Notes: generated by a model not told the origin, from the sequence alone. A stretch of 64,000 bases of DNA from Zancudomyces culisetae HAW-14-8 (GCA_052426225.1 JBNJNM010000010.1:682001-746000); one strand, 5' to 3'. Positions 47,943 to 62,190 are shown, counted from the first letter of the stretch. Numbers and translations are program-made.

Positions 47943-49356
47943 TCTTTATTTTCAATTTGCACATTTTTTTTGTATTTATATGATGTAAATATTTCTCTAA
48001 TTAATGGCCTAGCTTGGTATAGCCTGAATATGTCAGTAATATTCGTGTTTTGATCGCTTTCAAGTTCATTTTGCTGATATCAATGTTTACTATTTTTTTC
48101 TGTTTAATTTTTAATATTTAGTGATGCAATAAATCATACATATTCTGATAAATATGTAGTTAAAAAATAGTTTGTGAAGAAAGTATGGTTAAGAGAGGCC
48201 GATATTAATTATCCTGTATCCATTATCGTCTATATTTCTGCTCGCTCTCCTGCTGGCTTATCAACCTAGTTCATTCTTTTTAATTGATTTTGCTAGTTCT
48301 CATTGAAAGATTTATTATCTTAAGAATCGTCTTTGATTATTTAGCAAAAATAATGTAGTTGATAAATTAACATTGTTTGAAGAACTTATACATTATTTTA
48401 AATGTTTATCATTATCTTTGTAACATTAGTAGATTACTATTAGAAGGTATACTTTAATTTTTTTTATTAGTTACTGATTGATTATTCATAATGGGTTATA
48501 TTTATAGCTTTAATTTTTATTTATTTAAATTATCTGTTGTTAAGTGTATTATTAGGAGTATATTCTAGAATGATAGAGAACCTTAGTATTCGGAAAATTG
48601 ATTTTCTATACCAATTTATGTTTATCATTTAAGACTGTAATATAATTGTTAAATTTATTTTACCTTCTATATTTTATAATGATGTACTACTATTATTATT
48701 GTTGTTGCCGTGTTTATCACTAATGATTCGCACACCACAATTATACAATTTATGGACTGATCGCTTTTTACTTCTTTACTCCAGTACACATTATATACAT
48801 ATTAAATTTATTGGCATTTGATATATATTTATTATAACGTCATTATATATTAAAACTAATCGCTTATATTTCATAGGGTTAAAAATATTTTATAAAGAAA
48901 TTATAATATTTTTTAACTGTTATAACCTATTATACTTTTAGATCGCTTTTAAATAACCCGATTCATAATTTTTTTATTTTGAGATGATCGAAATCTTAAA
49001 GAGTTTATTTTCATTTATTTAAAGATTTAGTACACAGAATTTTTATTTTATTTAGTGAATATATTTTTAATAATATAATTATGGATCGTTTTTCATAATC
49101 AAAAATATACTTTTCATCCTAAATATTTTTTGAGGAGTTATACTCTTTTAAGCCATATTCTTTTATAGCTATGCTTTAAATTTTTAACGATTTTGATTAT
49201 TTTTTTTAATCCGTTTTGTTTATCTTTATAACGTGAATTTTTTATTTATAACACTATATCATTTCTTTAATATCAAAACAAAATCTAATAACACTAGTAT
49301 TAAATCTATTTTTAATTTTAAACTAAATTACACTAAAATATAACACATGAAATATC

Positions 49357-51181
49357 CTAAACCATTGTAAGCAAATATTTAATGGCACCTAACACATTCA
49401 CTCTATTCAGGAGCAGTCCACAAGAGTCATCATATAATTCTACTTCGGCCCTCTTTTTCTTTGAAGAGCTAATGTCTCCCACCGACTGTTTTTTTTCAGA
49501 GATTTCACCATTTTTTATTTGTAAAGTCGATTCAACTTCTAAATCAACTTTTAGTTTCTTTGTTGTTCCAATAGATATCTGCCCAGGCAAATTTGAATCG
49601 CTCCCTGGGGGGTTTTCACTAAGTTGATCAAAGTTTTCTGAAGATCGTTTTTGTGGAATAATCTCCATACCTACTTGGCTTTTGACATCTATCGCACTCT
49701 TGCCAATACTATCTACCTTTTTCAAGTTCTTAAGGCAAAAGTTTGATAGTACATTTATTATATTTCTTAGGGAGTGGGTAATATTTTGCTTGTTTTGTAG
49801 TAGTGACAGACAATAAGATGTGCCAGTAAAATCAGACTTGACCTCATCGGTTTGGCTTCTTTTAAGAACATCTGAAAGATGCAAAAGCACCCATTCGCAT
49901 ATCATTACAAAATGGGGGAGTTGATATGTTTCAGATATACTCAGTCGCTTTTCCAAGTTAAACGCATTGATGTGTATATCCATGGTTTCTAAAACCATAA
50001 AATTGCCACCAATAACTACGGAGTCCATAAGCGTAGATACTGCGTGTATCCACCCTGCTGGGATAATCATGGTTTCACCAGCGTTTAATTCGATTCTGCT
50101 GACACTGTTTTTACATGTTTCTGAAAACAACATTACGTATTGCATTTCAGATAGGCTCCACTTTTCAAATTTGGTGAAATTTTTATGTATTGGTGGGACC
50201 ATATAAAATACCTTTTTTCCTCTTAAAAGATGGTAAAATACCCAAGTTCCACTAAAATCGATGTGAAAGTCAGTATACGCACCTTCCGGACTCATCAAAC
50301 AGTATTTTTGTACTTTAGGAAACGTTTCTTGCCCGCCTTGCATGCTTTTTGGCCAAAGATTCGTTATCAGGTCTAGTTCGTCGACAAGTTTTGGCCGTTT
50401 GATTTTGTTTCCAAACTCAGTAAAGCTTACTTCCAGACTTATTACATTAAGTATTCTATCTCTGTTCTTGGATTCAAAATATTTGACCCAGTCATCCATC
50501 GTCCACTTTTTAATGTTTTCTTGTGAATTTACATCTACAACGCTTACAGGTGTTTCGTAGCCAATTTCGCGGGCTATATCGTCAACACCAATATCGGCAT
50601 TCGGTACCTCCATTCCAAGACCCTCTTTGTGTTTTATAATACAAGGTGCGATAAAGCCATGCCCATCAACGGGTATCAATAGCTTTTCCTTTGTTAAATC
50701 AGAACCATTTTCAAATCTTCGAACGTACTTTTCTGGGTATTTTTTCTCCTCAATTCTATCGACAATGTCTCTATATATGGTTATTACTCCATCGTTCAAT
50801 CCCTTGTAGTCTATCCTTTTCTTGAGCCTTCGGACCTTTTTAGTATTTTCTGGATGAAGAATTATATTATAAAAGTTAGTTTATTTCAACTCGAGGGTAT
50901 GTCGCCCAACTTAATTTTATATTTTAATATTATTTTTTATTTAAAATCATTTGGAACAGGAATATAGCAAGATAAAGATAAATACCTTCAAATTCTTCAT
51001 TCCTACATATCGCACATTTGTAGTATTCGATTTCCTGAGCGACTTGATTCGACATTTTTGAGCAAATGCCATGTATCCATCCGCTACACTGATCACACTG
51101 GATCCAGAATTCATCAGTACATTGTTCGTTTTTTACTGGACTTACGCTTTTGCATATGATACAGATTTCCTCTTCAAACAT
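49357..51181 (-). CDS. JHD1: PHD + JmjC histone demethylase (JHDM1/KDM2 family); exons 51181-50986 and 50849-49357, about 562 aa
   Basis: PHD finger CIIC..WIQCDQCSGWIHGIC..YYKCAIC; JmjC LNVISLEVS, PKVQKYCLMS, TDFHIDF, IPAGWIHAV; GT..CTAAC..AG intron 50985-50850 restores the frame. Confidence 0.9.
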
Positions 51182-53022
51182 TTTATCCTATTTAAATAAT
51201 AGCTATTTTGAATTTATAGATTGTTGCATTATAAGCTTATTTTTCGTGAGTTGGACTGAAAATTATTCTAGAAAAAAATAAATAAATGCCAATCTGGAAT
51301 AATCAATTTAATAAACGAAGCTAGTACCAATTTTTTCTTATTTTTGGAGTGATTCAATTTCGTTGGTCTAATTTCAAAATTAATATTTTTGAGTTAGGTA
51401 AATGCGAAATGTATAATTTATTTTGAAATCCTTGCTTTTTGGTCTAATACTTTTTCTCCTTTCAAAAGTTTAGCTCTATGTTTCTAGGCTTATTTAAATA
51501 TCATGAACAACCCAAACTATCTATCATGCGTATTATTCGGGTATTTTGATTTATAAAAGAACTCGGCTATGCTCAGAAAATCGTTTCTTAGGATGTCATA
51601 TTTCGTATGATCCCTGGTAGTTTAGGCTGAGTTTTAATATAGCTTTTCGGAGCATGTTTCAAACTACGAAAGTATTCATATTACTTTTATGCCCTGTTCC
51701 TGATTTTCTCAATTCACTTAATTAACAACTTCAATGTTTGACTACTCGACAACATAGGTTCGGGTCATTATTAATCATCAGTTTTGTTATCCTATTCCTG
51801 ACCTGTGGAAAAACATAGCGGGGGTACATAGTGTACTAATGCATTTAACTGATAGAATCGGTCACTTTGAATTATATCACAACAAACAAGTAAAATGGAG
51901 AAATAATGTAGTAAAATTTCATGGTATACGTGAATACATGATTACAGTGCTTTTTGTACTGAGCCCTTCATTATTCCTTTTGGTATATGACCTTTCAACT
52001 ATGTCATCATTTGTTTTCATTTTTTTAACCACCCATTCAGTAAACCTATTTATCACATTTTTTTTTCATACAGCTTTAGGATTTGAAATCTTTTAGCAAA
52101 TCAAATACAACCAGATATTAATTAGAAACAAACTGAAATTCCTTTATGAAATTCTGCACCACAAAAAATAAAAAACCAAAAACTGGTGTAAAGTACAAGT
52201 GAAATATGTGTGAAAAAAAAGCTGCAGAATTAATTATTTTCAAGAGAACTAGTGAAAATGAAATTAACGGAAAGGGGAGTTTTGGAATAGACTATGTATA
52301 CACAAAAAAATTCTAATTGAATGTTGATAGCTTAGATAATAATACGTAAAGTTTATACATAGGAGCCTGAAGATTATCGAAGCTCTTTCTAGTTTACAAA
52401 ACAAGAGCATTCTGTGGATATTTTCAAGTTATTCCACAAAAAAAAGACAAAAACAACGAAATAAAGGGGCTCGGGAATCGTTATTAATTTTGTATAGATT
52501 TGTTTCTTTATAATTGTCCATCTAATCTTGTTCGGAATAGTAGGGAATAATCGGCACGGTCGTTGATGCGAGAATAAAATACATTCGGTGCTAATAGGAA
52601 TCAACCGAAACTTAAAGGTAACACATTTGGTAATAGTTTTTTTTTTGAAATATTCAAGGGCGGAGCGGATAAAAGGTATATAGAGGCTATAGTAGAAATT
52701 TGTTTCAGGAATTTCAATTCAAAGAACAAAAAAAAAAATGCAAAAAATACTTTGAAAAGCTTTACTTTTCCTTTGTATGCCACTTGATGTTCTGGATAAA
52801 ACACACAATGGTCATTGATTTTCGGCGAATCCGATAACTTGAAGATTCTGCCTATTACAACGAGTTTGAATGAACATTCTCTGTGTTTTTAGATGAGCAT
52901 ATTTTAAATCAGAAAACAAGAGTTTATTGCTAGCATCAACATATACTTTATTAGCTTATTTCGGTTAACTAAAAAGCGGTGAAAACATTGAAAATAGAGG
53001 GAAAAGATAACACAATAGAAAG

Positions 53023-56000
53023 ATGGAACATCCAAGACCGAGTAAACCACAGATTAGCGAGGATTTAGTACCCAAGCGAAAAGAAAGTCCGTTTTCAGGG
53101 ACCACACCACTCACTCAAGTCCACTCGAGGTCACAAAGCCCCGTAATAAATGCACCGTCAACAATACTAAAACCACAAGCAGTGTCAGGACAAGTAGGTT
53201 TCGGAGCAAGACCACGACCAGTTGTTGCACAGCCAGTTCCAACACAGCAATCTCCAGCACAACCAATAATTGCACAAAACCAACCGATAGTTGGCGGTCC
53301 TAATAGGGGGATTACCCAACGACCTGGTTTTACAAGCCCCCAGACACAGCCTCCGATGAACAGACCTGGGGTAGCTGTACCTCAAAGACCACATATGATG
53401 AGCCCACAAGCACAACCACCAGTTGTCAGACCTGCAGTGGTAGCTCCTCAAAGACCAAACATGACTGGTATCCAAAACCAACCACCAGTTGCAAGACCAG
53501 CCCATCAACCAGGATATCAATCACCCAACATGGCACAGCAGCAGAGTCAACTCATGGCTGGAGGAGCACAAGCCATATCTCCTAGAATGCAACACGCGCA
53601 GGCAGCTGGCCACGATAAGTCGGGATCGCGCAGGAGACAGTATCCTCAACAGCAACCAATGGTGTATGATCAAACTGCAATGTATGGTACTCAACCAGCA
53701 CCAGCAAAGGCAAAGGAGGGACTTCCCAAGCATATTGATGCAACTGCAGGACCGCGAAAACCCGATTTGGCAACTGAACCGTTTTCAGTAAGTGAAGGTG
53801 ACTTTTTTGTGCCCGGGGACAAAAGTGGCGCAATTAAGGCGGTGGCACCTCCAGCAGGGATGGGTAGACGAGAATCACCTCTTAGCACGATGGATTCTAG
53901 ACAGATGTATTCAAACATGACCTCATCACCCATGCCTAGAGTGCCAGTAGCGGAGCAACAAGCAGCTATGACACAACAGTTTGCAAATATGGGCTTTGGG
54001 GGAGGATACCAAGATATGCAGATGAGCACTGTTTTGGTTGGACACCCCCAGATTCAGGAACTTGATGCTCCACCTCCACAAGCGACTCTGCCTCAGGGAC
54101 TTCCATGCTGCCCATCGGAGAACTACCAGTGCCCACCTGAATACGCTCGCTGCACGCTTAACGCCATTCCCAAGACAGACAAGCTACTGAAGAAGTCCAA
54201 GCTACCATTTGGGGTTTTGTTTACGCCGTACTTGACTCAAGAAGACATACCAGGGCCGCCAGCAATTATGGAGATAGTTCGGTGTCGACGGTGCAGGTCA
54301 TACATCAACCCGTTCATTTCGTTTACAGAGGGTGGAAGGCGGTGGAAATGTAATTTGTGTGATCTTGTAAATGACATTCCATTATACTTTGACTATGACA
54401 GTATCCAGAACGTACCAGTAAACCGGTGGGAAAGGACAGATATTACACACTCGGTTATAGAGTTTGTGGCACCAGCCGACTATATGGTGCGTCCACCTAT
54501 GCCACCAGTATACTTCTTTATAATAGATGTAAGTAATCCAGCTGTGCAGCTGAATGTTCCTGAAGTGGTTGGAAATGTCCTACTTGAGTGTTTGGATGCC
54601 ATCCCAAATTCTGACGAAAGAGCAAAAGTCGGGTTTATAACTGTAGATAGCAGCATACATTTCTATCTGTTAAATCCCGAATCTACCGAACCTCATATGC
54701 TGGTGCTCTCTGACTTTGATTCACCGTTCCTTCCATCCCCATCCGACTTGTTGGTCAACTTACATGAATGTCGTCCTGCCATCGAATCACTTTTGACAAA
54801 GATGGGGGACATGTTCCGCAAAAACGTGTCTGTAGGAAATGCTTTGGGGCCTGCCATTTTGGCTGCTCAGCAACTGCTCGCCCCTATTGGCGGAAAAATA
54901 ATTGTTATGCAAAGCTCTGTACCCACCATTGGAGAAGCGGCAATTACCGTCAGAGACGACAGGAAGGGTCTGGGCACACCAGCTGAATCCGAGCTATTGA
55001 AGCCACAAAATTCTTGGTACAAAAACATAGCTGCCGAGTGTTCCAGATCGCAAATAGCCTTTGATACCATCTTTTTCGGCCAACAATCTCTTGAAATCCA
55101 AACCGTGTCCTGTCTGGCTCGGTACACTGGTGGCTCAATCTTCTTCTATCCATCCTTTATAGGTACTCGTGAACCCGAGGTTGAAAGATTCAAAAACGAG
55201 CTGCTCAACCACTTGGGCTCTGTTATTGCTCTTGAAGCTGTCTTTAGAGTTAGGGCCTCGAGAGGTATCCGACTATCTTCGTACTATGGCCACTTCTTCC
55301 TACGCTCTCTCGACTTGCTCTCTTTACCCAACGTTATTCCAAATCACTGCTATGCCGTCGAGGCCGGAATTGAGGAAGATCTAAACGTTCCTGTTGTCTA
55401 CTTCCAATCCGCACTTCTACATACCACTGTCAACTCTGAACGCCGAATCCGTGTTATAACCATGGCCATTCCTACCACCGAAAACATCCATAACGTCTTC
55501 CAAAACGCTGACCAGCTCGCTATCGCTGCCTTCCTTGCAAAAAAGGCTGCCGACAGAGCGATGGTAACCAAACTCGAAGATGCCCGCGAAGCCTTACAGT
55601 ACAAATGTCTTGAGATTCTTTCCACTTATAAACAGGAGTGCACTCAGTCGTCTTCTGGTGCAACCACTCAACTTAAGGTTCCTAGAAACCTTCAGCTACT
55701 TCCTTTCTTGACCCTGGCCACTCTAAAACACCCTGCCCTACGCTCTGGAAATACTATCCCCATTTCTACCCGCATAAATGCTTTGAGTCTCTTCACCACT
55801 CTTTCTCCAGAACTACTACTATCCCCATACATAATCCCCAAACTCTATACTCTACAGCCAGGTGAAGATTATGACTCCTGTATAGTCCCCGTCTACCCTT
55901 CTGCAGAGTCCCTAAGCATCAATAGCGTCAACCTGCTCGTTTCTGGTCCAGATATCTTTATCTGGGTAGGCAGGGATCCTGATCCTTCCCTTTTGCACTC

Positions 56001-56292
56001 GCTGTTTGGTGTCCAAGACTCTAGGGCAATCAATCCAGGCCTATTTATTCTGCCCAAGCTAGATTACTTGTCTCATAAATTAAACGGCTTTGTTCATCAG
56101 TTGTATTTGAAACTCCAGCTCGCGTCTAGAGGGCTCTGGTCTCCCGTTACCTATATCTGCAGAGAGAATAGCGAGCCTGCTCTCAAGCTGTGGTTCTACC
56201 AGCAGCTGACTCTTGACAGAGATCCTGTTACTCCTAGCTATCAACAATACCTGATAGAAATACGAGATAAGATTAACAAGGGAAACATTTAA
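53023..56292 (+). CDS. SEC24: COPII coat subunit Sec24
   Basis: Pro/Gln-rich N-terminus, Zn finger RCRRCRSYINPF..WKCNLC, trunk YFFIIDVS, RVRASRG, ERRIRV, gelsolin-like C-terminus. Confidence 0.96.
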   Translation: MEHPRPSKPQISEDLVPKRKESPFSGTTPLTQVHSRSQSPVINAPSTILKPQAVSGQVGFGARPRPVVAQPVPTQQSPAQPIIAQNQPIVGGPNRGITQRPGFTSPQTQPPMNRPGVAVPQRPHMMSPQAQPPVVRPAVVAPQRPNMTGIQNQPPVARPAHQPGYQSPNMAQQQSQLMAGGAQAISPRMQHAQAAGHDKSGSRRRQYPQQQPMVYDQTAMYGTQPAPAKAKEGLPKHIDATAGPRKPDLATEPFSVSEGDFFVPGDKSGAIKAVAPPAGMGRRESPLSTMDSRQMYSNMTSSPMPRVPVAEQQAAMTQQFANMGFGGGYQDMQMSTVLVGHPQIQELDAPPPQATLPQGLPCCPSENYQCPPEYARCTLNAIPKTDKLLKKSKLPFGVLFTPYLTQEDIPGPPAIMEIVRCRRCRSYINPFISFTEGGRRWKCNLCDLVNDIPLYFDYDSIQNVPVNRWERTDITHSVIEFVAPADYMVRPPMPPVYFFIIDVSNPAVQLNVPEVVGNVLLECLDAIPNSDERAKVGFITVDSSIHFYLLNPESTEPHMLVLSDFDSPFLPSPSDLLVNLHECRPAIESLLTKMGDMFRKNVSVGNALGPAILAAQQLLAPIGGKIIVMQSSVPTIGEAAITVRDDRKGLGTPAESELLKPQNSWYKNIAAECSRSQIAFDTIFFGQQSLEIQTVSCLARYTGGSIFFYPSFIGTREPEVERFKNELLNHLGSVIALEAVFRVRASRGIRLSSYYGHFFLRSLDLLSLPNVIPNHCYAVEAGIEEDLNVPVVYFQSALLHTTVNSERRIRVITMAIPTTENIHNVFQNADQLAIAAFLAKKAADRAMVTKLEDAREALQYKCLEILSTYKQECTQSSSGATTQLKVPRNLQLLPFLTLATLKHPALRSGNTIPISTRINALSLFTTLSPELLLSPYIIPKLYTLQPGEDYDSCIVPVYPSAESLSINSVNLLVSGPDIFIWVGRDPDPSLLHSLFGVQDSRAINPGLFILPKLDYLSHKLNGFVHQLYLKLQLASRGLWSPVTYICRENSEPALKLWFYQQLTLDRDPVTPSYQQYLIEIRDKINKGNI

Positions 56293-56602
56293 ACTACCAT
56301 ATCAAATAGCACTTTTTTTTTTCTACACCTACGATTGTTTATTTTATTTATTTCTACTTTTTTTGAGAACTATTACTTTCTTCCCTACCATTACTACCAA
56401 AAATAAAAACTATACAAGTTTTTTCCCGCCTTCATTTACATATCTAAATAAAATTACATTCTAAGCAACATTTTAATCCTAATTCCAATTCTGAATCAAT
56501 CTTTAAAAGAAAAGTTATGAATTCTAAGTTTTTGCTCAAGATCTTTGAAACATACATACACAATCAGAGTCATTTCATTCTCCTACTCACTCACTAACTC
56601 GG

Positions 56603-57094
56603 CTATCCGCTATCCTTTTTTTTCTTCTTTTTTTTATGTTTGGATATTCGTTCGGAATTCTTGCTTTTATGTCTATCTTTCTTTGTCTTTTTGACCTCAG
56701 CTCGTTCTAGCTCCTCCTCCAGAGATATCCTATCAGAGAATCGACCATCTACATCTGGATTGGAATCGATACAGTCATCGGCGACAATTCTAGGCCTTTT
56801 CATAGTGAAATTCGAATGCCGTTTCTCTCTTTGAACGGTTCTTCCAATTACATTATTCAAAAATGTTAAATCAGGCTTTGGTGGTCCAGAGCGTCTGCTA
56901 TGAGTATGGTATTTGGCCACGCCGCTTTCTCCGATAATATTTTTTGCCTTGTGTAGATCATTCATGTTTATGTCAAATTTGTTGTCAAAGTAGCCATCTA
57001 CTCCGAATTTGGAATATAATCTGGCCTTTTTCTGCGTTTCGGCTTTTAGTATCTGTCGGATAGCATCATCGGTGATTGGAGGTTGGGTTGGCAT
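56603..57094 (-). CDS. Hypothetical small basic protein with Lys-rich C-terminus (possibly nuclear)
   Basis: 163-aa ATG ORF in gene-like sequence, ending KHKKKKKKKDSG. Confidence 0.6.
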   Translation of the reverse strand: MPTQPPITDDAIRQILKAETQKKARLYSKFGVDGYFDNKFDINMNDLHKAKNIIGESGVAKYHTHSRRSGPPKPDLTFLNNVIGRTVQREKRHSNFTMKRPRIVADDCIDSNPDVDGRFSDRISLEEELERAEVKKTKKDRHKSKNSERISKHKKKKKKKDSG

Positions 57095-59221
57095 ACCTTT
57101 TAGCGTAAACTTTGTATACTAATCTCGTCTATTTAAAAATATTCAGTTGTTTTCTAGATTCTTGTTAAAACCTGCTATATGATTGAAAATTACTTGATTT
57201 AATGATAATTACGAAAAGGTAAAAATTACATGAATTGCTCGGATATTAACTAACTAGTAATTTATAATTCTTGAAATACTCAGCAAATCAAGGAGAGGAG
57301 GGGGAGTTGTCAAAATATTAAAAGTCATAGGTGGGTTTGGAAAAGGAAGCAGGATCGTTCAAGTCCACGTAAAAAGAACAAGGCGGTAAATTTTCGGATA
57401 GAAAACTAATCGAAAAACTTTTGATAATGCCCAATTACATGTATCCAAAATAGCATTAGTTGGACAAAGAAAAAAAAAAATCAAGATGATTTAACGAACA
57501 CACAAAGTCGATATAGTTTTTATAATAAAAATATGACTACCAATACCAATATGAACTTTCTTTACTCACTCAAAGCGAGATGGTGTAAATATTCGGTTCG
57601 AAAAGACTGGCAGTGTGAAAATTCGAGTTTGAATTGGATCTTGTGAATGTGAATGTGGATGTGGATGTGGAAATCCATATCCAATGTAGTATGCACATAG
57701 TGCTAAGTATAACACATATAAAAAACAACATAAATAATGTTTTTGACAATAGTTAGTTTGGACTTATAGCAGTACAATGTAGCTGGCTTACAAGTGGTTT
57801 TTTCCTGCCATATAGTTTAATCCCAAACACCTTGGTTCATTCAGGGTACTATAGTTCCTTTATATTATTTAATCATTTTTTATCTTTACACGCTGACTAC
57901 TTGTGATTATTTGTGATTATTTCTTTATTCTTGTTTAAACTGATACTGGTATTCTCTGTATTATAGTATCTATATCCAAATAATGATACCAAGTATATTT
58001 TCCGCTCTTAACTACACCATAATCGAATAAACAGTTAACAATCTGTAAAAATGATTGAAAAACAATGGAGGAAAGGAGGAGGAAGGGTTGTGTCTGGTGG
58101 TATGTTTTCTGCTCATTTTATTTGCTCTGGTGTTTTATTGCCCATCTATTATTAATTGCCGTTTTGGTTGTTTACTAGCATTTTCATGCGGATTTCTTTT
58201 TTTTTCTTTGTTAATTTCTTTTCCATTTTAGAGGATTGGATGAACATTACAAAGACAATAGGCTGGTATAAAAAAAGCACATGCAAAGCAGACAAAAAAG
58301 TGTGAGAGAAGTGGGGGGGGGGGGTGAAGAAGGAAAATAGGCGAAGGGGGTGGTAGCATAGATATTTAAATACAGTGTCTTACAAGGAATAGGCAGTAAA
58401 AGATGGTTAATTCAAAGAGCGTGACCTAGGCGGAATATGAAAGTGATTAGAGGTAAAAGGAAAAATGGTGAAATGGTGAAAAAGTGTGAAAAAGTGTGAA
58501 AATGCGCATAAAATAAACAAGATTGATTGAATATCACTTTCACATGGTGCCCACCAGACTAGAACCACATTCTCTTTGGTGAATAGACCATTTGGGGTTT
58601 TTTTTCGCAACATTTCTGTTTTTCAGTATGAACGTGCTTATGCATTTGTTTGTGCTCGGATATTTTCATTTGCTCGATTTTGGAAAAATAACATGCTCAC
58701 ATTCGATAAGCTGGGCTCATTTTAATAAATCCCTATCTTTTGTGTAAATACAAAGTTTATTCCTATTAGCAAAGCAAACATAAGGATAACTAGTAAAAAA
58801 AACAAAAGAAAATACTTTTCTTATCAAGTTTTCGGTTTTTAATAAACCTTTCTTAAAGGATATAGTATTAGTAACTATAAATTATATGCAGATTCCAAGT
58901 TGGATTTATAACACATAGTAGTAAACAACAGTTCACTAAACAACTCTAAAGAATACAGCAAAAGTATAATATACTGCAGTACAAACCCTAAAAAGTTAAT
59001 CAGAATAATATTGAACAGATAAAAATACTGGAAAATGGATAGCACAGGAGTAAAGGGTTCGGAAAAGAATTCAGCGGTATGGTAAGTGGTGTTATTGCTT
59101 GTAAGAGTGGAAATAAGAGAAATAAGAGCAAGGTGGTAGAAGAGTAGATTGGTAGAGAGGCAAAGAAATAGTGTGTTTCAAGAAACATAATGATAGATGT
59201 TAGCATAAAAATAAACTCAAG

Positions 59222-59259
59222 CCCAAACCCAAACCCAAACCCAAACCCAAACCCAAACC
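59222..59259. repeat. (CCCAAA)6 microsatellite
   Basis: Read directly from the sequence. Confidence 0.9.
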
Positions 59260-59335
59260 TCAGCGTACAAGTATATTATCACTTATAAGTGTCTTAATTA
59301 TAATCACATTTTAAAACGATGTATAATATAGCCCA

Positions 59336-61516
59336 ATGAAAAGCCTAGCTGAGGAAAGACTCAATCCAAGTTTTGATATAACCAAGATGACACACTTTTT
59401 GGATGGTAGCCCCGAAGTTTCAAGAGTAAGCAGCTTCGAATAAACGATATATTCGTGCTTTATCTAAAGTGTATTGAATAAAAAATACAGCCCAGTTACT
59501 TAGTGTATAGTGCTAATATCGTTAACTATAACTCCACAAAATACTTTTTAATAGTTGAAGGCACAAATGTATCAGGAATACCAAAGAGATCCAAACTGGG
59601 TAATTGATGATTATCCAAACCTAACCCTGGAGCAGATTCGGGAACGAACAATGAGAAAGGTTAGAGGAACGGCTGATAAGCTTCTCAGTGAATCAAGAAG
59701 TATATTTATGTTACGAATGAGTGTAATAAGTGTTATTGACCCAGGTTTCTGGACAAGATTTGGGGTGCACATGGGATTGTTTTTTGGGGCACTTCAAGGT
59801 CAAGCAACACCATCACAGTTTTCATACTGGGTACAAAAGGGGGCATTAACGTTGAAGAAATTTATAGGATGTTTTTCAATGACCGAGTTGGGACACGGAT
59901 CTAATGTTGCAGGAATTGAAACAACAGCCACGTTCGACGCAGACAAAGACCAGTTCATTATTCATACACCAACTCTTACAGCCACAAAGTGGTGGATTGG
60001 GGGAGCGGCACATTCAGCAACCCATAGTGCAGTGTATGCTAGGTTGATTGTTAATGGAAAGGATTATGGAGTCAAAACGTTTATAGTTCAGCTCAGAGAT
60101 CCAGAAACATATGAATTGATGGCAGGCGTAAATATTGGAGATATAGGAAAGAAGATGGGCAGAGATCAAATTGATAATGGATGGATTCAGTTCACTAATG
60201 TTCGAATTCCCAGAAGCAATATGCTTATGAAACACACAAAAGTGTCATCAACAGGAGTAGTTGCCGAGCCACCTATGGCGCAGCTGGCCTATGGAGCACT
60301 GATTACAGGAAGAGTAACAATGGTTGCAGATTCAGCCAACATTGCCAAGAAGGCGTTAACCATAGCGCTGAGATATGCAGCAATTCGTCGTCAATTTAGC
60401 AGTGGGCCACCAGGGACACCCGAAACAAAACTGTTGGATTATCCAATTCATCAACACCGATTGTTACCACTGTTGTCACAAACGTTTGCTATGAATTTTG
60501 CGGCAAGGAGGCTGAATGATCAATTTGAGCAGCTAAACAAACAATTGGAGTCATCCAAGCTTGGAGATGATATCAAAGGAGTGTTGACACAGTTGAAAGA
60601 GACCCATGCCACAAGTGCAGGGTTGAAGTCATATTGTACATGGACAACACTCAATATTATTGATCAATGTCGCCAATCTTTGGGTGGGCATGGTTATTCT
60701 GCATACACTGGGCTATCCACAATGTACCAGGACTTTGCAGTTCATTGTACATGGGAAGGAGACAATACTATATTAATGCTTCAATGCGGAAGATACCTTG
60801 TGAATGCAGCCAAGGGATTTACTAAAGGAGCGACATTACCAGAGAACCTGATGTTTTTAAATAAGGCAGGAACCAAAGAAGAGTGGTCAAAATGCACGTC
60901 CACAGAACCAAATGTTGTTTGCTCGATAGCTACATTGAACGAGGGATGGGCTACAGTAGCAGCTAGCGCGATATTCAGAGCATACAGAGAGTTCGAGAAA
61001 CATCTAAAAACAAGTAATAATATCGATGAGGCGTATGAAAAGTGTTCGGCATCTCGATTACATGCAGCCCGAATGCATATAACAGCGTACTTAATGCATT
61101 GTATTTCAGAGGCAGTAAGTGGAGGAAATATTGAACAAGAGTTGGTCAAACCATTAACATTGATGGCAACACTATATGGAGTTAGTATGGCAATACAGTA
61201 TAGTGGAGAATTTTTGCAATCGGGTTACTTTAATTCAGCACAGATAAACATTCTTCGAACAAGGTTGGATCAAATATGTGGAGAGGTTAGGAAGGTGGCA
61301 ATTTTGTTGGTTGATTCATTTGGGTATACTGATTACGTGATCAACTCACCATTTGGAAGATACGATGGAAATATATATGAAACATACTACAATTTGGTAA
61401 CAAGGTTAAACCCACAAAAACCAATTCCATATTTCGAAACCGTGATCAAGCCATTACTTAACAGATCGCTTGAATTTGAAGAAGGACCACAACTTGAGAT
61501 AGATATGGAGAAATGA
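59336..61516 (+). CDS. POX1: Peroxisomal acyl-CoA oxidase; exons 59336-59425 and 59555-61516 (a further upstream exon is possible)
   Basis: GCFSMTELGHGSNVAGIETTATFD, ATKWWIG, GDIGKKMG, DNGWIQF, CRQSLGGHGY, CTWEGDN; phase-0 intron GTAAGC..GCTAAT..TAG 59426-59554. Confidence 0.93.
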
Positions 61517-62190
61517 GATAGGGAATGGGGTTTGGGAGATGGTATGGAGGGGGGATGGTATGAGGGGTAGCCGTTGGGATAGGGATGAGGATAGAAACGG
61601 AAATGAGTCGTAGGTTATGTTGGTCCTACTATACTATCTAGTGTTTATTTTGTCATGAATGTTACGATATTCTCATTTTTTGTTCTTTTGTTTTGTTCTT
61701 TTGTTTTGTTCTTTTGTTTTGTTCTTTTGTTTTTTTGATATTTTGATGCTTTTCCCTAACAGAGTTACTAAATGAAATAAGTTGAAATAAACGGATAATA
61801 CTTGAGTTCAGCTTGTTGCTTAGCTTGAGCTTGCGTTTAGGTTTGCGGCGCTGGTCATGCACTTATGACGAAAAACTATATAAAAAAAACTAATTCCAAA
61901 ACCAAAACCAAAACCGAAACCAGTACAACAATACCCAGCTTTACAAATACTTGATATTAATAACGGCTTATAATAAACAATAGCCAGTGAAGTGTTGAAT
62001 ATTACTTGGTACATTAAATATGTTGGGTTTGGCAATCATACTAAACAAAAACCACACTAGTGTGAATTCTAACTAAAATTTAATGTATTCAGTTTTTTAT
62101 CAGATGGTGTCCATATAATATTGAATCTGTTATTTGCGTTTACCCAGATTTTAAATCTCCTAAAGCATGTATCTCGATATACAGTATAAG

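Noticed and set aside
59222-59259. Telomeric repeat
   Set aside because: Six interstitial CCCAAA units only; similar simple repeats occur nearby (~61897).
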